From NCBI GenBank assembly GCA_051646145.1, contig JBOFCQ010000087.1:1-50422 (forward strand): 50,422 bases of DNA, given 5' to 3'. This stretch comes from Hyphomicrobium sp. (lineage in GTDB: Bacteria; Pseudomonadota; Alphaproteobacteria; Rhizobiales; Hyphomicrobiaceae). The position numbers were made by a program, and so were the translations under genes. Of this stretch, positions 1 through 10,681 are shown piece by piece. Each line of letters starts with the position of its first letter. Positions within the stretch are counted from its first letter, which is position 1. The notes below the pieces were generated by a model that ran no database searches, had not been told where the DNA came from, and saw only the letters and a program-made list of their open reading frames with translations.

Positions 1-157
1 GCCGCCCGTGGCGCGCGCGTTTGACGGTTTGAGCGTCAGAGCAATTGAACACAACGCTCAGCCTGCGTCCCGGAGCCGCGCACGTGATACTTTGTGCGCC
101 TTTCCAAGCCCTGTGGCGTCTTGCTAATGTGCGCTGCAATGCAACCGTGCCGGAACT

Positions 158-475
158 TTGAACGACATGCGCCCCATCGCTCATCCCGCCATTGACGAGA
201 TCACGTTGCCCTTCGTGCTCTATGCGCTGAGCGATCCCATTCGCCTCGATATCGTGCGGCGGCTGCGCGAAGCCAACGGCGAGCTCAGTTGTTCGGACGC
301 CACGTGCACCTCGCTGCCCAAATCGACCATGTCGTTTCACTTCAAGGCGCTGCGCGAGGCCGGGCTCATCCGCACGCGCCAGGAAGGCCGCACGAAGTTC
401 AACGCCATCAATCCGGGTTTCGACAAACGATTTCCGGGGCTCTTGAAAACCATTCTTGCGCAGAAATTCCAGTAA
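158..475 (+). CDS. ArsR/SmtB family transcriptional regulator
   Basis: ALSDPIRLDIV and KSTMSFHFKALREAGLI winged-HTH motifs; TTG start. Confidence 0.85.
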   Translation: MNDMRPIAHPAIDEITLPFVLYALSDPIRLDIVRRLREANGELSCSDATCTSLPKSTMSFHFKALREAGLIRTRQEGRTKFNAINPGFDKRFPGLLKTILAQKFQ

Positions 476-507
476 CCGCTCAGCGCTCGCTTCGCGCCGA
501 TGCAAAC

Positions 508-542
508 AAGAAAAGCGCGCCCGTGAGGCGCGCTTTCTTTTT
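508..542. terminator. Bidirectional intrinsic terminator
   Basis: aaagcgcgcc-cgtga-ggcgcgcttt hairpin flanked by A and T runs, between convergent genes. Confidence 0.75.
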
Positions 543-594
543 GTGATCGATCGCGGTGATATCGGCGCGGCAGTCCAGCCGCGCCGTCGTGAGG

Positions 595-990
595 TCAACC
601 GAAGCGGCCGCCCTTCTGGATCACTTCGATCTTGTAGCCATCCGGATCGTCGATGAAGAAGAACTTGGCGAGCGGCTTGCCGTCATGCGTCATATTCTTG
701 ACGTCCTTCGGCGCCAGTCCGGCTTTGCTGAGACGCGCGTGTTCGGCATCGACGTCATCGACGATGAGCGCCAGATGCCCGTAGGCGTTGCCCATCGTGT
801 AGGCTTCGCTGCGGCCCTTGTTGACGGTCAGTTCCAGCTCGAACGACGTCGCCGGGTTGCTGAGATAGATCAGCGTGAAATCCGGGAAGTCGAGACGGTC
901 AGCCACCTTCAGGCCGAATGCCGTGTCGTAGAACGCGACGGACTTGCCTTCGTCCATCACGCGCACCATCATGTGCACCATCTTGGCCAT
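595..990 (-). CDS. VOC family protein (lactoylglutathione lyase-like)
   Basis: MAKMVHMMVRV...ELELT...YGHLAL...FFIDDPDGYKIEV; start moved to ATG at 990. Confidence 0.85.
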   Translation of the reverse strand: MAKMVHMMVRVMDEGKSVAFYDTAFGLKVADRLDFPDFTLIYLSNPATSFELELTVNKGRSEAYTMGNAYGHLALIVDDVDAEHARLSKAGLAPKDVKNMTHDGKPLAKFFFIDDPDGYKIEVIQKGGRFG

Positions 991-1143
991 GTTCGATAAC
1001 TCCATTCTGAGGGGGCGCGGCGCCTTTGCGGCAACGCCGGGTCTATGGTTTCGGGATAGCATCGCGCGATGCGGTCGCGGGTAGTATCGGGGTACCGGCA
1101 CGCGCCATGCGTCGAGCTTGCACAGCGCGCTAACGAACGATCG

Positions 1144-1752
1144 TCACAGCCACGGACGGCGCGTCGCGGCCTCGTGCTCGAACGTCGAGATGGCGCTTGC
1201 CTTCTCGAGCGTCAGGCCGATGTTGTCGAGGCCGTTCAGCAGGCAATGCTTGCGGAAGGGGTCGATCTCGAAGCGGATCACGCCGCCATCGGGGCCGCGG
1301 ATTTCCTGCGTTTCGAGGTCGACGGTCAGCGTTGCGTTGGCTCCGCGGCTGGCGTCGTCCATCAGCTTGTCGACATCCGACTGCGGCAGCTTGATCGGCA
1401 GAATGCCGTTCTGGAAGCAGTTGTTGTAGAAAATATCGGCGAAGTCGGTGGCGATGACGCAGCGGATGCCATAGTCGAGCAGCGCCCACGGCGCGTGTTC
1501 GCGGCTCGATCCGCAGCCGAAGTTGTCACCCGTGACGAGGATCTTCGCCGTCCGATACTGCGGCTTGTTCAGAACGAAGTCGGCCACTTCCTTGCCCGTC
1601 GCCGGGTCGAAGCGCATTTCGTAGAACAGCGACTTGCCAAGGCCGGTCCGCTTGATCGTCTTCAGAAACTGCTTGGGGATGATCATATCGGTGTCGATAT
1701 TGCGCAGCGGCAGCGGCGCGGCGATCCCGGTCAGGCTGGTGAACTTGTCCAT
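1144..1752 (-). CDS. leuD: 3-isopropylmalate dehydratase small subunit
   Basis: [13 protein letters not shown] and [15 protein letters not shown] signatures. Confidence 0.98.
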   Translation of the reverse strand: MDKFTSLTGIAAPLPLRNIDTDMIIPKQFLKTIKRTGLGKSLFYEMRFDPATGKEVADFVLNKPQYRTAKILVTGDNFGCGSSREHAPWALLDYGIRCVIATDFADIFYNNCFQNGILPIKLPQSDVDKLMDDASRGANATLTVDLETQEIRGPDGGVIRFEIDPFRKHCLLNGLDNIGLTLEKASAISTFEHEAATRRPWL

Positions 1753-1791
1753 CTGGTCTTGGTCCTTGCGTCGGCGGCGATGTGGGGTCGA

Positions 1792-2223
1792 TCAAGTTCT
1801 AAGCGCGTCGGCGAGGGCCCGGAAATATCCCTCGGCGGATGCCAGCCGGCGCGCTTGTGAAAACGCGCTGTGGTGGGCTGTAACGTCGTCGAACTCGAAC
1901 GGCTTCAGCGTTTCGAGCCGCCTTTTAACGCCAGCCAGCTTCCGCCCGTCAAGATGGTGTTCGAGCGCTGCGACGATGGTTTCGACGTATCCGGCCACCC
2001 GGCCGAGTTCGCGGGTTGCGTGCAAAACCTCGCGGCGGTCGCCGGGACTGCGCTCGATATGGGCGAATGCGCTGGAGGCGCGGGCGAGCGTTGCCGCCAC
2101 TTCCTCGGCGTAAAGCGCCACCTTTTCGCGGCGGGCGGCGTCGAGCTCCTTCAGTTGCCCGATCCAAAGGTAAACGGTCTCCGCGAGGGCGGCGAGACAG
2201 CGGGCGTAGTCGGCAAGCGGCAT
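1792..2223 (-). CDS. Hypothetical helical protein
   Basis: Clean ORF co-oriented upstream of leuD with natural composition; family not recognised. Confidence 0.7.
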   Translation of the reverse strand: MPLADYARCLAALAETVYLWIGQLKELDAARREKVALYAEEVAATLARASSAFAHIERSPGDRREVLHATRELGRVAGYVETIVAALEHHLDGRKLAGVKRRLETLKPFEFDDVTAHHSAFSQARRLASAEGYFRALADALRT

Positions 2224-2403
2224 GATCTCACCCCCATCGCTCGGGCGCGCCGACGGCGGCCTCGGTGCTGCTGAAACGTTCAGGGCCCGCGCGTGGCACA
2301 GGCTCGTGGCATGCGCGTTGGCTGTGAGGGAGAGTATACGCGCGCTGGCGAGGGCGGGGATAAGTGCCGCCCGCGTTTTAGCCGCCTTAACAGCGATGTG
2401 ATG

Positions 2404-2955
2404 TCAGCGGATGCCGGGGTCGGCGTAGCACTGGCGCATGTAGGCGCAGCGGTGCGAACCCGAGAAATGCATGCTATCGCCCTTCGCCGGCGAAATGAAC
2501 GTGCAGATTTCCTCGACGCCTTCCGGTGTCAGCCAGCCCTGGCGGCGTCCGCGCTGCACGGCGAAGCAATCGGCGGTTTCTTCGTCCGGGCCGCGGAACT
2601 GGTGGCCGCACTCGTGAGCGAAGATCCATTGCTTGACGGTTGTCGGCACTTTGTCGAGCAGGCGCGGGTTCATGATCAGGAAGCCCGGATAGGCGGCGCC
2701 ATAGTCGTCGAGCTGATTGTCGATCACCGTCTGGCGCTGGCCGCACAACTGGCGGCGGCCGTCGAGCTTGAATTCGCCCGCGCCGAGGATGTGGCTATCG
2801 CCGCCAACTTGGGCCACGTACTCTTCCGGTGTCGGCGGCTTTTCGTCAGCGATAGCGCGCGTCGGAGGCGCCAGGACGAGCGCAAGCCAAAGCATCAGAA
2901 GGGGGCGGAGGAGGCGAGACAGCGAATTCGTCAAAACAAGCTCTCGAATTTCCAT
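2404..2955 (-). CDS. Exported small zinc metallopeptidase-like protein
   Basis: Hydrophobic N-terminal segment, HECGH (HExxH) followed by EETADCFA; start uncertain. Confidence 0.65.
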   Translation of the reverse strand: MEIRELVLTNSLSRLLRPLLMLWLALVLAPPTRAIADEKPPTPEEYVAQVGGDSHILGAGEFKLDGRRQLCGQRQTVIDNQLDDYGAAYPGFLIMNPRLLDKVPTTVKQWIFAHECGHQFRGPDEETADCFAVQRGRRQGWLTPEGVEEICTFISPAKGDSMHFSGSHRCAYMRQCYADPGIR

Positions 2956-3081
2956 TGCTGCAACAACTGACCCCTGCACTGTGCCGTGAAAGCCGACGCC
3001 AGACAAGCTGCCGGTTGTCGTCCCTAAGGGGCTGTCTCATCTCTGCCAGAACCGGGTTAATCGCGCGTGACAGAACGCAAG

Positions 3082-3501
3082 TCATGCCTCCGCGTCCGCC
3101 TCGATGTCCTCCATATCGTCATCAGAAAAGCCGAAATGATGGCCGATTTCATGAATGAGCACATGGGTGATGAGATGGCCGAGCTCTTCCGTGCCGCTTG
3201 CCCACTCATCGAGAATGGGCCGCCGGTAGAGAAACACCATATCCGGTTCGCGTGGCACATCTGTCACACTCTGCTTGTCGAGGCTGGTGCCGATGTACAG
3301 CCCGGTCAATTCGAAGGGATCTTCGATGCCGAGGTCGTCGAGAACGTCGTCGTTCGCGAAATCCTCGATACGAATGACGAGATCGCGCGCCACGTCGCGG
3401 AACGTCGGCGACAGGTTCTCCCATGCGGCGGAGGCCATCGCCTCGAAGTCTGCCAGCGTCGGCGCGGTCGCGTGTTTCCAGGCATCGGTGCGGCTGGTCA
3501 T
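3082..3501 (-). CDS. Metallopeptidase family protein (minimal zincin, DUF1025-like)
   Basis: LTGLYIG...LYRRPIL...VLIHEIGHHFGFSDDD. Confidence 0.88.
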   Translation of the reverse strand: MTSRTDAWKHATAPTLADFEAMASAAWENLSPTFRDVARDLVIRIEDFANDDVLDDLGIEDPFELTGLYIGTSLDKQSVTDVPREPDMVFLYRRPILDEWASGTEELGHLITHVLIHEIGHHFGFSDDDMEDIEADAEA

Positions 3502-3847
3502 GTTCGTCCTCGCGGATAACGTCAGCGGGTGACTGATAGCATGAGCCGCGGCAATGGCCACACGCGCTGTCACCGCACACCGTTCCGCCGCATGAGTCCG
3601 CCGCCCGCGCACCGCCTGCAGTCGCGCGACAGGCTGCGTCAAACGTGACGCTGGCGCGGCGCCATCGTTACTTGCCGCGATCCAGCCATGCGGAACGCAG
3701 TGCGCCGCGGGGTGGAACGCTCGCTCGGGCCATCGCGTTGATGGCTCTGGAACGGCGCTCCGCGTTTGCGATTGCCGCCGCCAGTCCTTGCATTAGCGCA
3801 TGGCATCAGTTCATGCGCCACCGGCCGGAAAGTCTCGGAGTGTTTGC

Positions 3848-4642
3848 ATGTCGGAACGCGCGTCGTCTCAGGTCTGTCGGTCTCACGCACACAGCGCGCC
3901 GGATGCATTCGACGATGCGGCCGATCAGCCGACAGCAGAGTCCTCGACAGAGTCATCAACGCGTGTGGCCGCCTCTGCCGCGTCCTCTGCTTTCGATCTG
4001 CGTATCGCCATGACCGATGACGAACGCCGCGCACTGTTTCGCCTGCGCTACGCCGCCTATCGCGCCTTCGACGGCGTCGAACCGACCGCCGACGGCGAAT
4101 ACCGCGACCGCGTCGACGATCTTTCAACCACCGTTCACATCGGCGCGTACGACGGCGATAAACTGATTGGCTGTCTCAGGCTCTGCTTCAGTAAGCCCGG
4201 CGACCCGCTGTCGACGTTGCCATGCGCGGCGCACTACCCGGAACTAAAAGCGGTCAAGCAGTCGAGTGCCGGTGCGCTGATGGAAGTCTCGCGTTTCGCC
4301 ATCGATCCGGCGATTTCCAACACCTCGTATCGCACGACACTCTACGCTGCGCTTGTGCGCGTGGCGCTCATCGCTGCCGAAGCGTCGGCCGTGCACACGA
4401 TCCTTGTTGCGACGCGGCCGGAGTGGGTGCGCTTTTATCAGTATATGCTGGGCTTCAGCCCCATCGCGGAGCCGGCACTCTATCCACCGGGCACTCTGAA
4501 GATCGCGTTGCTCGGCGGGTCGCTGGCGCAAGCGCGCCTGCGTCAGCGCATGCAGAATGCCTTCTTCAAAATTACGGCCGACGACATCGCCAGCATGCGC
4601 CGCGCGCTCGATGCGCCGCGCCATCTCCAGGACGTCGCGTAA
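3848..4642 (+). CDS. GNAT-fold N-acyl amino acid synthase (FeeM-like) protein
   Basis: FRLRYAAY, MEVSRFAIDP, FYQYMLGF motifs; GGAG at 3837-3840 before the ATG. Confidence 0.65.
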   Translation: MSERASSQVCRSHAHSAPDAFDDAADQPTAESSTESSTRVAASAASSAFDLRIAMTDDERRALFRLRYAAYRAFDGVEPTADGEYRDRVDDLSTTVHIGAYDGDKLIGCLRLCFSKPGDPLSTLPCAAHYPELKAVKQSSAGALMEVSRFAIDPAISNTSYRTTLYAALVRVALIAAEASAVHTILVATRPEWVRFYQYMLGFSPIAEPALYPPGTLKIALLGGSLAQARLRQRMQNAFFKITADDIASMRRALDAPRHLQDVA

Positions 4643-4673
4643 GCGACGAAGCGGATTTGCATGCGCGCAACGA

Positions 4674-5306
4674 TCACGAGCGATTAGCTCTCCGAGGTGC
4701 GCGCCGCGCCGGTAGGAATTTGGCGAGGCTGAAGCCTTCTTGAAACCACGCCTGCCGCCTGCTTTGATTTTTGATGTTGAGCGCGGCGACCAACTTTTTA
4801 ATTTTGCACGTGGTGCATTCTGCATCGGCGTCGATGCACGATACCTCGTTGATGAAGTCCACGAACGCTTTATTTTCTTTGCAGCTAGCGCTTCCAATTT
4901 GAGTCCAACCTGCGGAAAACGTTTTACCTCCGGTTTCCTTTTCACCTTTGAACAGGCGATGCTTGTGGATCATCCAGGTCTCGTAGACCGACTGTTCGAT
5001 GAGACCGAGCGCAAACATCTCAAACTGAAACTGCTGCAAGCCCCAGTAGCGCTTGTAAGCCATCTCCACATCTATCGGACGACAGGGGTTCTGTTCATTG
5101 GCAAGTTTCGCGCGCACCTCTTGGATCTGATCATACCGGTCCGAGCACTTCATCATGACATCGACGGACTTGGAAAACCGGTTTCCGGCCACGTTGATCC
5201 TGAAGCCAAGATAGGTCAGCAGCGCGCCGCCGATCACACACACGGGTGTGGCGATGGCCGCCACGTCTTTGACAGTTTGAGTGCTGATCGAAGGAAATTC
5301 AAACAT
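4674..5306 (-). CDS. Hypothetical protein with N-terminal transmembrane helix
   Basis: 210-aa ORF, one hydrophobic segment, visibly more AT-rich than flanks. Confidence 0.65.
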   Translation of the reverse strand: MFEFPSISTQTVKDVAAIATPVCVIGGALLTYLGFRINVAGNRFSKSVDVMMKCSDRYDQIQEVRAKLANEQNPCRPIDVEMAYKRYWGLQQFQFEMFALGLIEQSVYETWMIHKHRLFKGEKETGGKTFSAGWTQIGSASCKENKAFVDFINEVSCIDADAECTTCKIKKLVAALNIKNQSRRQAWFQEGFSLAKFLPARRAPRRANRS

Positions 5307-5392
5307 GACGACCCCCGTTGCGGTTCGACAAAGAGGTCATCTTCCGCAGGGGATGTTTGGCGGTCAATCTAACGGAAAAGAGATGGCACATG

Positions 5393-5426
5393 AAAAAGCC
5401 GCGCCATCGATGCGATGACGCGGCTT
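5393..5426 (-). terminator. Intrinsic terminator after leuC
   Basis: aagccgcg...cgcggctt hairpin with a T-run on the minus strand. Confidence 0.65.
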
Positions 5427-5472
5427 GTTCTTAGTTCGAAAAATGCAGCCGGGTGCAAAGGCGATCGCCGCC

Positions 5473-6882
5473 TTACGCGTTCTCTAAAGCGCGCACGTCG
5501 ACGAAGTGGCCTTCAAGCGCGGCCGCTGCCGCCATAATCGGCGACACGAGGTGCGTGCGGCCCTTATAGCCCTGGCGGCCTTCGAAATTGCGGTTCGAGG
5601 TCGACGCGCAACGCTGGCCCGGCGTCAACTGGTCGGGGTTCATGCCAAGGCACATCGAGCAGCCAGGTTCGCGCCACTGGAAGCCGGCTTTCTTGAAGAT
5701 CGTGTCGAGACCTTCCGCTTCCGCCTGTTCCTTGACGAGGCCGGAGCCCGGCACGATCATCGCGTAGGCGAGCCGTGAAGAGACCGTCTTGCCGTCGACG
5801 ATTTTCGCCACCGCGCGCAAGTCTTCGATGCGGCCGTTGGTGCAACTGCCGATCCATACGACGTCGAGCGGGATGTCGGTGATCTTCGTGCCCGGCACGA
5901 GACCCATGTAGTCGAGCGCGCGCACCATCGAGGCGCGCTTGTTTTCATCGCTGACCTTCGCCGGATCGGGCACCTGACCGGCAATCGACACGACGTCCTC
6001 GGGCGACGTGCCCCACGACACGATCGGCGGCAGCTTGGCGGCGTCGAGCGTCACCACGCGGTCGAAATGCGCGCCTTCGTCGGTGTGCAGCGTCTGCCAG
6101 TATGCCATCGCCATGTCCCAGGCAGTACCCTTCGGCGCCTTCGGACGATCTTTGATGAACGCATACGTCTTTTCGTCCGGCGCGATCATGCCGGCGCGCG
6201 CACCGCCTTCGATCGACATGTTGCAGACGGTCATGCGGCCTTCCATCGACAAGGCGCGGATGGCTTCGCCCGCGTATTCGATGACCGATCCGGTGCCGCC
6301 CGCAGTGCCGATCTCGCCGATGATGGCAAGGATGATGTCCTTGGCGCCGACGCCCTTCGGCGCCACGCCATCGACACGCACCAGCATGTTCTTGGCTTTC
6401 TTCTGGATCAGCGTCTGCGTGGCGAGCACGTGCTCGACTTCGCTGGTGCCGATGCCGTGCGCAAGGGCGCCGAAGGCTCCGTGCGTTGACGTATGGCTAT
6501 CGCCGCAGACGATCGTGGTGCCGGGCAGCGTGAAACCCTGTTCGGGGCCGACGACGTGGACGATGCCCTGGCGCTTGTCGCGCTCATGAAAATACTCGAC
6601 GCCGAAATCCTTGGCGTTCTTCGCCAACGTCTCGACCTGCACGCGGCTCTCTTCGTCGGCGATGCCCTTCGAGCGGTCGGTTGTCGGCACGTTGTGATCG
6701 ACGACGGCGAGCGTCTTTTCCGGCGCGCGCACCTTGCGGCCGGCCATGCGCAAACCTTCGAACGCCTGCGGGCTCGTCACTTCGTGCACGAGATGGCGGT
6801 CGATGTAGAGAAGGCAGGTGCCGTCGGCGGCCCGTTCCACGATATGGTCGTCGAAAATCTTGTCGTAGAGCGTCTTTGCCAT
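5473..6882 (-). CDS. leuC: 3-isopropylmalate dehydratase large subunit
   Basis: [50 protein letters not shown]. Confidence 0.98.
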   Translation of the reverse strand: MAKTLYDKIFDDHIVERAADGTCLLYIDRHLVHEVTSPQAFEGLRMAGRKVRAPEKTLAVVDHNVPTTDRSKGIADEESRVQVETLAKNAKDFGVEYFHERDKRQGIVHVVGPEQGFTLPGTTIVCGDSHTSTHGAFGALAHGIGTSEVEHVLATQTLIQKKAKNMLVRVDGVAPKGVGAKDIILAIIGEIGTAGGTGSVIEYAGEAIRALSMEGRMTVCNMSIEGGARAGMIAPDEKTYAFIKDRPKAPKGTAWDMAMAYWQTLHTDEGAHFDRVVTLDAAKLPPIVSWGTSPEDVVSIAGQVPDPAKVSDENKRASMVRALDYMGLVPGTKITDIPLDVVWIGSCTNGRIEDLRAVAKIVDGKTVSSRLAYAMIVPGSGLVKEQAEAEGLDTIFKKAGFQWREPGCSMCLGMNPDQLTPGQRCASTSNRNFEGRQGYKGRTHLVSPIMAAAAALEGHFVDVRALENA

Positions 6883-7002
6883 TTCCGGGCCCTTCGCCAG
6901 CATGTGGAGGAATTGGCCCCTAGATAACGCTGTCGCGTCCCATAATCAAATCAGCCGAGGTCGCAGCCGGTTGCGGCCGGCCAAGCCTGACGCGGCACCC
7001 CA

Positions 7003-7128
7003 AGAAAAAGACCGGATTGCTGAATTCAGCAATCCGGCCAAGGCATTTCGGGGAGGAACAAACATGTTCCAGACGAAGGCGCGACCCACGGAGGTGGCAA
7101 TAACATCCCGCAGGCCGCGACCTGCCAT
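7003..7128 (-). ncRNA. Candidate AbcR-like (alpha-r15 type) sRNA
   Basis: Downstream of a VtlR/LsrB-like LysR; anti-SD-like CCACCUCC and GUUCCUCCCC tracts; ends in a 26-bp palindrome (7012-7037) plus U-run; 5' end approximate. Confidence 0.5.
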
Positions 7129-7321
7129 GAGCGGTTTACGCCCTCGGCCCGGTTTGGATCACGGTTGCGGGCATTGAGGGGTGGATGGAGTGGTCGCTTG
7201 ACGCGCGCCACGGTGGCCGGGCAAACGGCGAAACCTCGGGCCTTTCAGCCGCCGGTCAGGCATATCGTCGGTGTTTCAGGACAGCGTTTCTGGCTAGCGT
7301 TTCTGACGGGTATTCCCGCCG

Positions 7322-8209
7322 CTATTTCCAGTGGCGGGTGCGGGCCACCAGGAAGTCGCGCAGCAACTGCACCTTGCGCGATGCCTTCAATTCTTCGGGA
7401 AACACGAACAGGATCGGCAGCTTGGGTGGCTCGATCTCGGTCAGCAGCGGCACCAGCTCGCTTTCCTCGTCCGACATGTAGTCCGGGATCATGCCGATGC
7501 CGATGCCGGCGCGGACAGCCTTGCGGATGGCGACCACGCTGTTGATCTTGAGCACGGCGTGGCGCGGTTCCTTGCCGTCGCGGCCGGCGGATTCGAGCCA
7601 GTTGACGGCCGCCATGTGCTGGGCCGGCTGACCGCTGTAGGAGACGATGCGGTGCTGATCGAGATCGGCCAGCGATTTCGGCGCGCCGAAGCGGCGGATG
7701 TAGTGCGGCGAGGCGAACGCGCGCACGCGGCTTTCAAAAAGCGGGCGGCGGATGAGGTCTGCCTGTTCCGGTTCGCGCGTCCAGATGGCGACGTCGGCCT
7801 CGCGCATGGCGATATCGACCTGTTCGTCGGCCAGGATCAATTCGACGCGAATTTCCGGATAGAGATCCATGAATTCGCCGAGGCGCTGGGCCAGCCATAC
7901 CGTGCCAAATCCGATCGGCGCGGTGAGGCGAATTTCGCCCGACGGCTTGGTCGTCGAGTCGGACAGCAGCGTTTCCACCGTCTGCAGCTTGGCGAAGACT
8001 TCCGCCACCGTGCGGTTCAGCAGTTCGCCCTGCTCGGTCAGCACCAGGCCGCGCGCATGGCGGTGGAACAGCGTCGCCTTCAGGTCGGCTTCCAAAGCCG
8101 AGATCTGGCGGCTGACAGCCGATTGGCTCATATGAAGCTGCTCGCCCGCATGGGTAAAGCTGCCAGCCTCGGCGGCCGCATGAAAGATGCGAAGCTTGTC
8201 CCAGTCCAT
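7322..8209 (-). CDS. LysR family regulator, VtlR/LsrB-like
   Basis: MDWDKLRIFHAAAEAGSFTHAG HTH; near trxB as for rhizobial lsrB/vtlR. Confidence 0.9.
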   Translation of the reverse strand: MDWDKLRIFHAAAEAGSFTHAGEQLHMSQSAVSRQISALEADLKATLFHRHARGLVLTEQGELLNRTVAEVFAKLQTVETLLSDSTTKPSGEIRLTAPIGFGTVWLAQRLGEFMDLYPEIRVELILADEQVDIAMREADVAIWTREPEQADLIRRPLFESRVRAFASPHYIRRFGAPKSLADLDQHRIVSYSGQPAQHMAAVNWLESAGRDGKEPRHAVLKINSVVAIRKAVRAGIGIGMIPDYMSDEESELVPLLTEIEPPKLPILFVFPEELKASRKVQLLRDFLVARTRHWK

Positions 8210-8510
8210 GTTTGGAATTCCGGTCGCGGATCGGCGTCAACGGCGCCCGCTGCGAGGCACAGCGGCGCGAATGTAGCGTGCTTTTATCGCGGCGCAATAG
8301 TGTTAAGCCATGGGAAACGCTAATTTTTCGTCGGACCCCGATTTGCGCTCGAAAGCCCCCGCGAAAATGTGCATGCGACCCATGCGGCTCATTCGCTCGT
8401 AGGGGTAGGCCGCCAACATCGCAACCAACTAAGATGGTTCCAATATCTTGATCTTTGGACGATCGACGCCAAGTCACTGGTTTCGGCGCCCACATCCAAG
8501 CGAGGACCTT

Positions 8511-9401
8511 ATGAAACGTACGACGACACTTTGTGCCGTAGCCGCGGCCGCACTGGTGCAGGCTTGCGACAGCGCGCCAACCACGCCCACCGCCAAGGCG
8601 CCCGAGAAGCTTTGGGAAGTCTCCGACCTCAAGGGCCCAGAGTGCGCGCTGCCCGACACCAAGGCTGGCGTGATCTACGTCTCCAACGTGAACGGCGACC
8701 CGACCGGCAAGGACGGCAACGGTTTCATTTCCAAGATCTCCATCGACGGCAAGTCTGTCGACAACGGCTGGTCAACCGGCCTCAACGCGCCCAAGGGCCT
8801 CGCCGTCTCTAACGGTCATCTCTTCGTCGGCGATGTCGATGAACTCGTCGAGATCAACCTTGCCGACGGCAAGATCGTCGCCAAGCACGCGGCGCCGGGC
8901 GCCAAGCTCCTGAACGACGTCGCGGTCGATGCCAAGGGCGCGGTTTATGTGTCCGATACGATGGGCGGCTCCATCTATCGTTTCGCTGACGGCAAGATCG
9001 AAGAGTGGCTGAAGCACGAGAAGCTGCAGGGCCCGAACGGTCTGCTCGTCGAAGGCGACAATCTGATCGTCAACACCTGGGGCGTGTTCTCGGGCGAAGG
9101 CTGGAACACCAAGACGCCGGGTCAGGTGTATGCCGTTTCGCTCGCCGACAAGTCGTTCAAGGATGTTGGCGACGGCAAGCCGTTCGCAAATCTCGACGGT
9201 ATGCAGCCGCTCGGCGGCGGCGCCTATCTGCTGACCGACTGGATGTCCGGCAAAGTGCTGAAGCTTCATGCCGACGGGAAAGTCGACACGCTGCTCGAAC
9301 TCGGCCAGGGCAGCGCCGACATCGGCTATGACGCGGCCACCAAGACGTTGTTCATTCCGCAGATGATGAAGGGCCAGCTCTACGCCTACAAGGTCGAGTA
9401 A
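8511..9401 (+). CDS. SMP-30/gluconolactonase-like beta-propeller lipoprotein
   Basis: Lipobox LVQA-C; GPE, LNAPKG, LLNDV, GPNGL, NLDG, GSADI blade motifs. Confidence 0.8.
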   Translation: MKRTTTLCAVAAAALVQACDSAPTTPTAKAPEKLWEVSDLKGPECALPDTKAGVIYVSNVNGDPTGKDGNGFISKISIDGKSVDNGWSTGLNAPKGLAVSNGHLFVGDVDELVEINLADGKIVAKHAAPGAKLLNDVAVDAKGAVYVSDTMGGSIYRFADGKIEEWLKHEKLQGPNGLLVEGDNLIVNTWGVFSGEGWNTKTPGQVYAVSLADKSFKDVGDGKPFANLDGMQPLGGGAYLLTDWMSGKVLKLHADGKVDTLLELGQGSADIGYDAATKTLFIPQMMKGQLYAYKVE

Positions 9402-9429
9402 GCGACCTCATTCATCGCCTGAAAAAATT

Positions 9430-9466
9430 GAGCGCCGGGTCTCGCAAGAGCCCGGCGCTTTTCTTT
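9430..9466. terminator. Intrinsic terminator
   Basis: agcgccggg...cccggcgct hairpin plus T-run between convergent genes. Confidence 0.75.
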
Positions 9467-9502
9467 AGTCCGTGAATGGCGTGCGTTTGCTGCGTGCGCC
9501 GA

Positions 9503-10471
9503 TTACTCGGCCGCCGCCGCGTGTGTCTCGAACTTGGCCAGATAGCGCTCGGCCTCAAGCGCGGCCATGCAGCCCATGCCGGCGGCCGTCACCGCCTGCC
9601 GGAACACTTCGTCCTTCACGTCGCCGGCGGCGAATACGCCCGGAATGACGGTCGCGGTCGAATCCGGCGCGGTGGTCAGATACCCGCCCGGCGTCATCGG
9701 CAACTGGCCCTTGAACAGTTCGGTCGACGGCGCATGGCCGATGGCGATGAAGACGCCGTCGGCGGCAATTGTTGTCGTCGCGCCAGTCTTGACGTTGCGC
9801 ACGGTCACGCCGGTCACCGACTTGGGCTCCGCTGTGCCCACGATCTCGTCGATGGCCGAATCCCAGACCACCTCGATCTTCGGATGCTTGAACAGGCGAT
9901 CCTGCAGAATGCGCTCGGCACGGAACGTGTCGCGGCGATGTATGATCGTCACCTTGCGGGCGAAATTGGTCAGGAACAGCGCTTCTTCCACCGCGGTGTT
10001 GCCGCCGCCGATCACCACGACGTCCTTGCCCTTGTAGAAGAAGCCGTCGCATGTGGCGCACGCGGAAACGCCGTGACCTTTGAAGTGCTCTTCAGAGGCA
10101 AGGCCCAGCCAACGCGCTTGCGCGCCGGTGCAGATGATCAGCGTATCGCACGTGTAGGCGTCACCGCTGTCGCCTTCGAGACGGATCGGGCGGGCTTTGA
10201 GATCGACCTTGCTGATGTGATCCATCACGACATCGGTGCCGACATGCTCGGCCTGCGCCTGCATCTGCTCCATGAGCCACGGCCCCTGGATCGCGTCGGC
10301 GAAGCCCGGATAGTTCTCGACGTCGGTGGTGATCGTCAACTGACCGCCCGGCTGCGAGCCTTGGATCAGCAGCGGCTTCAGCATCGCGCGCGCGGCATAG
10401 ATCGCGGCCGTGTAGCCGGCCGGGCCCGAACCGAGAATGATAACTTTGGCGTGGCGGGTGGGTGTGGTCAT
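9503..10471 (-). CDS. trxB: Thioredoxin-disulfide reductase
   Basis: GSGPAG, CATCDG, GGGNTAVEEA, FAAGDV. Confidence 0.98.
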   Translation of the reverse strand: MTTPTRHAKVIILGSGPAGYTAAIYAARAMLKPLLIQGSQPGGQLTITTDVENYPGFADAIQGPWLMEQMQAQAEHVGTDVVMDHISKVDLKARPIRLEGDSGDAYTCDTLIICTGAQARWLGLASEEHFKGHGVSACATCDGFFYKGKDVVVIGGGNTAVEEALFLTNFARKVTIIHRRDTFRAERILQDRLFKHPKIEVVWDSAIDEIVGTAEPKSVTGVTVRNVKTGATTTIAADGVFIAIGHAPSTELFKGQLPMTPGGYLTTAPDSTATVIPGVFAAGDVKDEVFRQAVTAAGMGCMAALEAERYLAKFETHAAAAE

Positions 10472-10681
10472 AAGGGGCATCGCGTCCTCGACGTCAGCTT
10501 TCGCAGCGTTATTAGGGTGTGCACGCGGCTAGCGTCAATGACGCTCCTTGGATCGTGAATGTTACCGGCGATAGTTGCGGCGTGACGTCGCCAAGCCTGC
10601 TATCGAAATACGCGCATTTTGGCGGGGGCCAGCGGTTTTGGGGGGCATGTGACGGCTGCGGATCAGACCAACGGTCACGAC

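Noticed and set aside
3848-4642. LuxI autoinducer synthase
   Set aside because: Lacks the LuxI RxxxF..W pattern and has no adjacent luxR.
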